Of a DNA stretch of 64,000 nt, positions 24,451 through 31,119 are shown piece by piece. The stretch spans positions 113,221 to 177,220 of the forward strand of contig NJBO01000002.1 of the NCBI GenBank assembly GCA_005223075.1. Reading direction: 5' to 3'. The stretch comes from a candidate division TA06 bacterium B3_TA06 (GTDB lineage Bacteria > Hydrothermota > Tepidihabitantia > B3-TA06). The notes under the pieces were generated by a model that saw nothing but the letters and a program-made list of their open reading frames with translations, was not told the origin of the DNA and ran no database searches. How positions within the stretch are numbered: position 1 is the stretch's first letter; every line of letters begins with the position of its first letter. The translations under genes and the position numbers were made by a program.

Positions 24451-25839
24451 ATGACTGAATTGGTGATGGATGACCCTTTTGGCTTCCACAAAAGCCTTGA
24501 GGAGGGTGTGTTCAAGCTGGAGGAGGTGGGAAAGTTGTATGGGGAAGATGAAACTAGTTATTTAGATGGTAAGGAATTCCAATTTGAACTTGTGGTTCGA
24601 CTGAAAGGAAACATTGGGGGGCGAATAGTTTTATCTCCCGTTGATCCATCCTCCAATATAGATGACATAGAGAACGAGATTAACCAAATCAGAAGCACAA
24701 AGCAGGATGGTATATCTGCGTTTACATGGAAATTGGTTGGAGAATTAAAAGGCGAACCGATAGTAGTGAAAACCATATATATATCCTCTGAGGAGAAGAG
24801 TTATCTGCCGTCTCCTAATTATAAGTTGATTTGTGGGTTCTTTGAGTTTGAGTGGGGAGAGGATAAAGGGAAATATGAATCTTGTTTGACTTGGGTTCCC
24901 AATGTGGAATTCGGAGGGTGTGCAGGCACTACCTATCAAGAAGGTAACATCTCTAAGAGTCGTTTGGATCACTGTCAACTATCTTATCCATCCTTGCTTG
25001 GAGGATTGGAAGTCGAGATGCGTCAGCTTCGTAACTATAAGAAGATTTTAAATCACTTGATGTTGAATGGCGGATCGGCGGTTACCTCTATTTGCAACTT
25101 TGAATCCTCATCACCAGCTTCGATAAAGGATTTCTTAGAAATTATAAAGAGATTTTTTCGCCTAGTTTCTTTTGCTTCCGGGAAGTCTATTCTTCCTTTG
25201 GCCTATCATTTTAAGGGTGAGACTGAGATTCTTATCTTAAAACCTCTCAACAGAGTCAGCTACACCAAAACACTAACATGGTGCGATTACGATGATACCC
25301 CCCATTTTTTAGCAGAAGCGCTACAGGAACTTCTGCCTCATTACTTTTCGCTTGATGTGAAGCTACGAGATTTACTTGAGCTTGCATTTTACTTCTACAT
25401 AAACCTGAAGACGATAAGTCACTTCAGTACGGATATTATTCTTCTGGCAACGATCTATGAAAGTTACACATGTTCGGATTTTTTTCTACCTAGTAGCTTA
25501 AGAGAGGGTAAGAATTTACAGGAAAAAATCAAAGAACTATTACTTCGTGAGGATATGTCTTGCGAAAATGATCTTCTGAAGGTTTTCATTGTTTTGAGAA
25601 ATGCAATCATACATAGCCCTCATAAGCTAGTTAATCTTATAAATTCAGATGCTAAGCGTTCAATTCGATACATGCTTCGACAAGCTGAAATACTGACCTT
25701 GAAATGTCTGAATTACACTGGTCAATTCCGTGATACATGGCTAGTGGTTAAAGACCCATCTAAAACGTATCCTGTCTTTAGATTTGGCACAATCCTGAAG
25801 CGGCTGAAGAAAGAGAAAGAAGCTGCGGAATCAAATTAG
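24451..25839 (+). CDS. 462-aa protein with C-terminal RNxxxH (HEPN-type, ApeA/Abi-like) motif; candidate anti-phage RNase
   Basis: Long AT-rich ORF. VFIVLRNAIIHSPHKL lies near residue ~390 inside a predicted helical C-terminal domain. The N-terminal ~250 aa is beta-rich with no motif I recognise. Confidence 0.5.
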   Translation: MTELVMDDPFGFHKSLEEGVFKLEEVGKLYGEDETSYLDGKEFQFELVVRLKGNIGGRIVLSPVDPSSNIDDIENEINQIRSTKQDGISAFTWKLVGELKGEPIVVKTIYISSEEKSYLPSPNYKLICGFFEFEWGEDKGKYESCLTWVPNVEFGGCAGTTYQEGNISKSRLDHCQLSYPSLLGGLEVEMRQLRNYKKILNHLMLNGGSAVTSICNFESSSPASIKDFLEIIKRFFRLVSFASGKSILPLAYHFKGETEILILKPLNRVSYTKTLTWCDYDDTPHFLAEALQELLPHYFSLDVKLRDLLELAFYFYINLKTISHFSTDIILLATIYESYTCSDFFLPSSLREGKNLQEKIKELLLREDMSCENDLLKVFIVLRNAIIHSPHKLVNLINSDAKRSIRYMLRQAEILTLKCLNYTGQFRDTWLVVKDPSKTYPVFRFGTILKRLKKEKEAAESN

Positions 25840-25921
25840 GATATACCTCAGCACACCCTCGCCTGCACCACCGCTTGGTGGTGGGTGTCAGGTCGACCCG
25901 AAAACTTAAAATGAGGTCAAC

Positions 25922-26041
25922 TTGAAAAACAAAGGTCTCGTAACCTTCCTGATCACGCTTGCCGCGTTCGGAGCAACCTACATGCTGCTTGTATTCACAT
26001 CACGGTGGAGCAACGCGGCCTACAGCGTCGCAAGAATTTAA
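25922..26041 (+). CDS. Possible 39-aa single-TM peptide
   Basis: GAGG-N5-TTG, then MKNKGLVTFLITLAAFGATYMLLVFTSRWSNAAYSVARI*. Below the ORF-track size cut-off. Weak evidence only. Confidence 0.25.
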   Translation: MKNKGLVTFLITLAAFGATYMLLVFTSRWSNAAYSVARI

Positions 26042-26064
26042 GAACCGGTGTAAGGTGTGTCTTA

Positions 26065-26093
26065 TTGACACGTTAACTTATCGCAAGTATAAT
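26065..26093 (+). promoter_or_regulatory. Consensus promoter TTGACA-17-TATAAT, 5 nt from ATG 26099 (leaderless)
   Basis: TTGACACGT at 26065 and TATAAT at 26088-26093. Confidence 0.6.
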
Positions 26094-26098
26094 TACCC

Positions 26099-27055
26099 AT
26101 GCTCAAGCGCGTCATGACCTTCCTGAGACAAAGAGTTACAATACTTGTTGACTTTCGTATCAGGTTGAAACCAATTCGTCTCATTGCTCCCAAGTGGATA
26201 TTGTTGGTCATCTGTCTTATTATGGTGTCCTTCATTGGCACTGGTGGACGCTCGATTTTCTGCTGTGTGGGAAATCAAATCGTTTCCTGTAAGTTAATCC
26301 GACTGGAACAAAAGAATCAAGAGCTGCTGGGAAAGTATACGGAACTTGAAGAGGATGCGGATTCCCTTGGAGAGTTGCTGGCGCTTATGGAAAGCCACGA
26401 TATTCAACTCCGCATGTATAAGAATATGGAGATATGGCCTGAAGATATCCGCCAGCTTGGTGTCGGTGGTCCTGCAGTAGAAACTCCGGAGATGATCGAA
26501 CTGCGAGAGATGGGTAGTTCACATTACCATGGAGTTGCAGAGATCAAGAAATCCATAGATGCGCTTCTTCGCAAGGCGCTCTACCAGCAGGAAAGCTTTG
26601 TCGAGATCGAAAAAAAGCTCACCAAAGACGAATACATGCTTGACCATACCCCTTCAATTACACCTACTGAAGGGCATCTGACCAGCGGTTTCGGTTACAG
26701 AATAGATCCCTTTCTCCACTGCATCAAGATGCACACCGGAGTTGACATATCCAACAAGCCGGGGACTCCAATCCTGGCCAGTGCCGACGGTGTAGTCTCC
26801 TTCACCGGCTACCTGTCAGGGTACGGTCTTACCGTAAAGATAGATCACGGGAATGAGATTGAGACCCTGTACGGACATCTTTCCGAATTCTACGTCAAGG
26901 AAGGGCAAAGCGTGCTGCGTGGAGAAGCAATAGGTGCTATGGGTAATACCGGACGCTCCACCGGCCCGCATCTGCACTACGAAGTAAGGGTTGCCGGTAG
27001 GCCAATCAACCCCAAAGGTTACTTCCTCGACGAAGTTCGTAGGGGCCAACCTTAA
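26099..27055 (+). CDS. M23 (LytM-type) metallopeptidase with N-terminal TM anchor and coiled coil
   Basis: HTGVDISNKPGTPILASADGVV...GHLSEF...GNTGRSTGPHLHYEV gives the HxxxD and HxH zinc motifs. Confidence 0.9.
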   Translation: MLKRVMTFLRQRVTILVDFRIRLKPIRLIAPKWILLVICLIMVSFIGTGGRSIFCCVGNQIVSCKLIRLEQKNQELLGKYTELEEDADSLGELLALMESHDIQLRMYKNMEIWPEDIRQLGVGGPAVETPEMIELREMGSSHYHGVAEIKKSIDALLRKALYQQESFVEIEKKLTKDEYMLDHTPSITPTEGHLTSGFGYRIDPFLHCIKMHTGVDISNKPGTPILASADGVVSFTGYLSGYGLTVKIDHGNEIETLYGHLSEFYVKEGQSVLRGEAIGAMGNTGRSTGPHLHYEVRVAGRPINPKGYFLDEVRRGQP

Positions 27056-27077
27056 GGTTGGCCCGTTCATAATATTC

Positions 27078-27188
27078 TTCGTTATCATGTTCCGGGAGCT
27101 GGGCGGCAAGGACGCATTGAAATCCATCGGCATCATGCTGGCCGCGGTGATAGTAGTGGGCGCGGCCATAAACCTCCTCTGGCCGTAA
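27078..27188 (+). pseudogene. Displaced feoB 3' fragment (last ~36 codons only)
   Basis: FVIMFRELGGKDALKSIGIMLAAVIVVGAAINLLWP* compares with the feoB end FVIMFRELGLKDALKSIGIMFIAVIIVGTAINFLWPG*. About 80% nt identity by hand alignment. No upstream feoB body. Confidence 0.75.
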
Positions 27189-27264
27189 GTATATTGGAGA
27201 TCCCCCGCCCTTTTCAACATACCCCTCACCACCTGGTAACGATCTCCTGGCGCACAGACTATAA

Positions 27265-27292
27265 TTGACAAGAATCAATTTTGGACTAAAAT
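27265..27292 (+). promoter_or_regulatory. Promoter TTGACA-16-TAAAAT firing into a 114-nt hairpin
   Basis: TTGACA at 27265-27270 and TAAAAT at 27287-27292. Confidence 0.45.
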
Positions 27293-27300
27293 TAATATAT

Positions 27301-27414
27301 CTTGGCATGGCGGCTTCTGAAAGAGAAGTTGCGAAAAACAATGGCTTCGTTGAACCAGCCGCAGAGGAACTGTTTTTGCCGTTGTTTTACTGTTGGTTCC
27401 TTCGCCATGCCAAG
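27301..27414 (+). other. Long imperfect hairpin (12-bp perfect closing stem); candidate sRNA or 37-aa ORF
   Basis: CTTGGCATGGCG (27301-27312) pairs with CGCCATGCCAAG (27403-27414). Further partial pairing inside. Confidence 0.35.
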
Positions 27415-27550
27415 ATGTAGCCCCTACCTGCTGCAACGACACACGGGGTCCCCGCACAACGGCGAAGCCGGTGTGTGGGGTAAAGCGGCACGGTCGTTGC
27501 ACTCCATAAACATTGCTTGACACACAGAAAGGCGCGACTAGGATTAAGGG

Positions 27551-28930
27551 ATGACTGAAAGGCAGGTAAACGAGTTAAAAGAGCTATTCGGAGAGAGGTT
27601 TTCAACGCTTCCAGAAACCCTTGATCGCTACTCACGCGACGAAACCAGCAACCTTGAGGCTAAGCCGGAGGCGGTTCTTTTTGCCGAGGAGACAGATGAT
27701 GCTGCACGACTCCTCAAATACTGCACTGATAACAAGATTCCGGTGACACCGCGGGGCATGGGAACCGGGGTATCGGGTGGGGCATTGCCGATCGAAGGCG
27801 GGGTGCTTCTAACCCTGGAACGGATGAATAAGATACTGGAGATAGATGTTCCCAACCGCATGGTTGTTGTCCAGCCCGGGGTAATAACCGGAGAGCTGCA
27901 CAAGGCGGTGGAGGCAGAAGGGCTTTTCTACCCTCCCGATCCGGCGTCGCTTGAAAGCTGTTCTGTAGGCGGCAACGTGATAGAGGGAGCGGGCGGGCCC
28001 AGGGCAGTGAAATACGGAACGACCAGGGACTACGTTACCGGTCTTGAGGTTGTTCTACCCACAGGGGATGTGTTACGACTCGGCGGAAAGCTTCGCAAGA
28101 ACGTTACCGGGTACAACCTGATTGGTCTCATGATTGCCTCCGAGGGTACCCTGGGGGTGGTAACCGAGATCACGCTGAGACTCCTGCCACTTCCCAAAGT
28201 AAGAACCGACCTCCTCGTCCCGTTCAAGAGTTTTGAACAGGTTACACGCACCATCAACGAGATCCACAGAACCGGCATTATCCCGGCAGTGATCGAGTTC
28301 ATGGAGCGGCGCGCCTTGGAGATAGTGGAGGCGTATCTTGACTCCAAGCTGCCCGTGCCTGGCGCAGGTGCCTATCTAATGATCGGACTTGACGGCCAGG
28401 ATGCCGAGTCGGTGGAGCGCGACTACGAAAAGGTAGGCGAGATTTGCCTTGAAAACGGTGCGGTGGACGTGTTCGTGGCCGAAGGTTCGGATATGAAGCA
28501 GAGATTATGGAAGACCAGACGGTCTCTGCATGACGCGCTGCACGATCTCTCACCCCAGATGGAGCGTGAGGACGTGGTGGTGCCGGTGGCCAGGATTGAG
28601 GATTTATTGAAAGGGGTGGACGGGATCAGGAACGGGACAAAAGTAGAGGTGGTGGCGTTCGGACACGCGGGTGACGGCAACGTGCATGTTAATCTCCTGC
28701 GCGGCAAGCTGGATGAGGAGAGGTGGAACACCGAACGAGAGCAAGTGTTAGCAGAGCTCTTTGATTTGGTCGTTTCACTCGGCGGCACCCTCTCCGGGGA
28801 GCATGGGATAGGGGTGGTGAAGAAGGAGTTCATGCCACTGGTTACCAGCGATGCGGAACGCAAGCTTTACAAACGGCTGAAACAAGCGTTTGATCCTGCG
28901 GGAATTCTAAATCCGGGAAAAATAATATAA
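27551..28930 (+). CDS. FAD-linked oxidase (GlcD / D-lactate dehydrogenase family)
   Basis: FAD_binding_4 pattern PRGMGTGVSGGALP. C-terminal FAD-oxidase_C with GTLSGEHGIG...LNPGK. Confidence 0.88.
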   Translation: MTERQVNELKELFGERFSTLPETLDRYSRDETSNLEAKPEAVLFAEETDDAARLLKYCTDNKIPVTPRGMGTGVSGGALPIEGGVLLTLERMNKILEIDVPNRMVVVQPGVITGELHKAVEAEGLFYPPDPASLESCSVGGNVIEGAGGPRAVKYGTTRDYVTGLEVVLPTGDVLRLGGKLRKNVTGYNLIGLMIASEGTLGVVTEITLRLLPLPKVRTDLLVPFKSFEQVTRTINEIHRTGIIPAVIEFMERRALEIVEAYLDSKLPVPGAGAYLMIGLDGQDAESVERDYEKVGEICLENGAVDVFVAEGSDMKQRLWKTRRSLHDALHDLSPQMEREDVVVPVARIEDLLKGVDGIRNGTKVEVVAFGHAGDGNVHVNLLRGKLDEERWNTEREQVLAELFDLVVSLGGTLSGEHGIGVVKKEFMPLVTSDAERKLYKRLKQAFDPAGILNPGKII

Positions 28931-28933
28931 GAA

Positions 28934-29308
28934 GCCAACCTTTGGTTGGCTTACATGTTGGTTCTTGCAATCCTTTGCGCGTAGCGCAAAGGGAGCATTT
29001 AAACACCCCACACATCTGCTACGCATCTGTGCGGGGACCCCGAATATGCTCCTTTTCTCCTGCGGAGAAAAGATCGCAGGGATAAAATTTAAAGTGCACC
29101 GACCACATTGTTGCATTCTCTTTTTGTCGCTTTCTCATAAAGTAAGCATTTCCTGAAAATCTACATTAAGAATCAAAAGATGCACCCTTAAAGTTTTGTG
29201 AAACCTGCCAGCTTCCTGACCCTCCTATTCTGCGATCTTTTTGCGCTCTGCGCAAAAAGGAGCAAATATTTGGGGTCCCCACAAAAACGTGAAACGTTTT
29301 TGTGGGGT
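28934..29308. repeat. Cluster of palindromic modules: Z (28934-28950), X-variant (28966-28998), Y (29004-29041), X (29046-29079), X inverted (29230-29265), Y inverted (29272-29308)
   Basis: Same conserved flanks as the other copies, with different stem sequences. Confidence 0.85.
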
Positions 29309-29311
29309 ATT

Positions 29312-29338
29312 AAAATCCCGGCTTAAGGCCGGGATTTT
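29312..29338. terminator. Bidirectional terminator-like hairpin between convergent genes
   Basis: AAAATCCCGGC-TTAA-GGCCGGGATTTT. Confidence 0.6.
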
Positions 29339-29444
29339 AAGTGGGTATCTCACTGCCTTTCGGCAAACCCACCCATACTGAACGTATTGATTATAGGAGC
29401 AAGGCAGACGTCGTCAAGTGAAAATCTGTTGTCGGGAAGTCAGG

Positions 29445-29612
29445 TCACTCAGAAAGCAGGTCTTTATCGATCTCCTTCTCCTGCTTGCGTTTGCGCTTGT
29501 AGGAAGGTTTTTCTTCTTTCTTCTCTGACCAGCGTATGTTCTTTGGAGGCCGGGGATGCCTGGGTTTCTGCTTTATAACCTTCTTTTCAACCGTCTTCTT
29601 TTTTCTCGGCAC
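29445..29612 (-). CDS. Possible 55-aa highly basic (Lys/Arg-rich) protein downstream of dapF
   Basis: AGGTGG-N5-GTG, then MPRKKKTVEKKVIKQKPRHPRPPKNIRWSEKKEEKPSYKRKRKQEKEIDKDLLSE*. Below the ORF-track cut-off. Confidence 0.35.
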   Translation of the reverse strand: MPRKKKTVEKKVIKQKPRHPRPPKNIRWSEKKEEKPSYKRKRKQEKEIDKDLLSE

Positions 29613-29629
29613 AACCCACCTGATGAAGT

Positions 29630-30427
29630 TTAAGGCAATTCTATCTCGCCCTTGAACACCACAGCCGTCTCACCGCCCAGCATCACGTTGGTGGGTGTTG
29701 ACGTGCTAGACTCAAAGCTGACGCGAAGCATTCCGCCGGGGAAGTTGAGCCCTATTGGCGGTTGTATCCCTTTAAGTCGGTGCAGAATGGTAGCCACGGC
29801 CACCGCGCCTGTGCCGCATGCTAAGGTCTCTCGCTCCACCCCGCGCTCGTAGGTGCGCACCGAGATTGAGTTATCCGGATGGATCTGGACGAAATCGGCG
29901 TTTGTTCCGGCAGGTATGAATTTCGGATGATTGCGGATCGAACGGCCGACTCCATCTACGTCGAAAGAGGCAAGGTTTTCGACAAGAACTACGACGTGAG
30001 GAACACCGGCGTCAACGAAGTGAAGCGGGAAGTCGAACTCATGCAACGTCAGGTTGAGTTTTATATCCTTGGGATCGGGCAGGGAGACGCTCGGTTTGCC
30101 GTCAACGACCAGTCCCTTGTGAACGCCCGCGTCGGATACGAACCTCATCTTCCGAGGTGCCATACCTTCCTTCCACATGTAGAGCACCAGCGCACGGGCC
30201 CCGTTCCCGCAGAAGGAGGCTCTGGAGCCGTCTGCGTTGAAGTAGACCATGCGGAAGTCGTGCTCAGGATCTCTGAGAACCAGAAGCAGACCGTCAGCAC
30301 CTATGCCCTTGCGGCGATCGCACAGGATTGGTGCCAGTTTGGCAAATTCTTCATCGGACAGTTCAGGATACTTGACGACTACAAAGTCATTTCCTGCACC
30401 GTGCACCTTGGTGAATGGAAGCTTCAT
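29630..30427 (-). CDS. dapF: Diaminopimelate epimerase
   Basis: FTKVHGAGNDFVVV and both catalytic Cys motifs (FCGNGARA, ACGTGAVA). Promoter is TTGACA-17-ATCATT, 5 nt from the ATG. Confidence 0.92.
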   Translation of the reverse strand: MKLPFTKVHGAGNDFVVVKYPELSDEEFAKLAPILCDRRKGIGADGLLLVLRDPEHDFRMVYFNADGSRASFCGNGARALVLYMWKEGMAPRKMRFVSDAGVHKGLVVDGKPSVSLPDPKDIKLNLTLHEFDFPLHFVDAGVPHVVVLVENLASFDVDGVGRSIRNHPKFIPAGTNADFVQIHPDNSISVRTYERGVERETLACGTGAVAVATILHRLKGIQPPIGLNFPGGMLRVSFESSTSTPTNVMLGGETAVVFKGEIELP

Positions 30428-30472
30428 ATATAAATGATACTTGTCTGCCTGGAGGTGTCAATATAATAAAGG

Positions 30473-30562
30473 TGTGGAACAGCCTCTCCAGGCTGTTCAT
30501 AAATAAGCACAGGCCGACAATTGTCACCCCCACCTTTATCCTCCCCCATCAATGGGGAGGAA
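30473..30562 (+). repeat. 90-bp direct repeat, copy 1
   Basis: TGTGGAACAGCCTCTCCAGGCTGTTCATAAATAAGCACAGGCCGACAATTGTCACCCC[C/T]ACCTTTATCCTCCCCCATCAATGGGGAGGAA. Differs from copy 2 at one position. Confidence 0.9.
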
Positions 30563-30922
30563 ACTATAAGGTTGATCTCTAGATCGACCTTCAAATATCC
30601 TGCATGCGATCTTTTTAGCCTTTGGCTAAAAATGAGCAAATCCAGATCGCCACGTCGCCTTCGGCGGCTCGCGATGACATTCATTTTGTGGAGTGCAACA
30701 ACCGCGTTGTTGCGTTTATAATTATGCAATGACACGGTCATTGCACTCCAAAAGATCCCAAGATTAAAAGGAAGGTCAACCTGACGCGAAGCGCGCAGGC
30801 AAAGGCTGCGAACGTCGACCCATACGAATTTCACCGATTTCAATATTCTTCCCTTGATGGGGGACGAACAATAAACCCTCCCAAAAGGTAGGGGCACGCT
30901 GTGCCGTACCCTTACTGATCTT

Positions 30923-31012
30923 TGTGGAACAGCCTCTCCAGGCTGTTCATAAATAAGCACAGGCCGACAATTGTCACCCCTACCTTTATCCTCCCCCATC
31001 AATGGGGAGGAA
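30923..31012 (+). repeat. 90-bp direct repeat, copy 2 (450 bp from copy 1)
   Basis: See copy 1. Confidence 0.9.
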
Positions 31013-31119
31013 TTATGAGGGATGTCGAATCCACAAAGGAATCCCCCTCCCTTGATGGGACAGTGTGCCCCTTGAGTGCCTGGTGCACTCATATGGTAGG
31101 GGGTAGGGGAAGGGTGAAA

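Larger units (their letters stand above)
24361..27077. mobile_element. AT-rich inserted segment between feoB and a displaced feoB 3' remnant (no recombinase seen)
   Basis: Bracketed by the homologous coding repeats 24247-24360 and 27078-27188. Composition is visibly lower in G+C than the flanks. Confidence 0.5.

Noticed and set aside
24361-27077. The islet as a prophage remnant, because it carries an M23 peptidase.
   Set aside because: There are no capsid, tail, terminase, holin or integrase genes. The M23 protein has the TM + coiled-coil layout of cellular EnvC/MepM-type enzymes rather than an endolysin.
26991-27188. 65-aa ORF as an independent small membrane-protein gene.
   Set aside because: Only its last 36 codons are meaningful, and they are a copy of the feoB C-terminus. 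The upstream part overlaps the M23 gene end and a Z-type hairpin. It is treated as a pseudogene remnant.
27302-27520. 72-aa track ORF (TTG start).
   Set aside because: It spans a long hairpin and a Y module. Only a 37-codon ATG ORF or a non-coding RNA seems plausible. This is kept as a low-confidence finding rather than a CDS.
30424-31092. 222-aa ORF on the minus strand (track).
   Set aside because: It is a translation of the 90-bp direct repeats and other palindromic repeats (SSPLMGEDKG.GDNCRPVLIYEQPGEAVP occurs twice). It has no RBS or coding-like composition.
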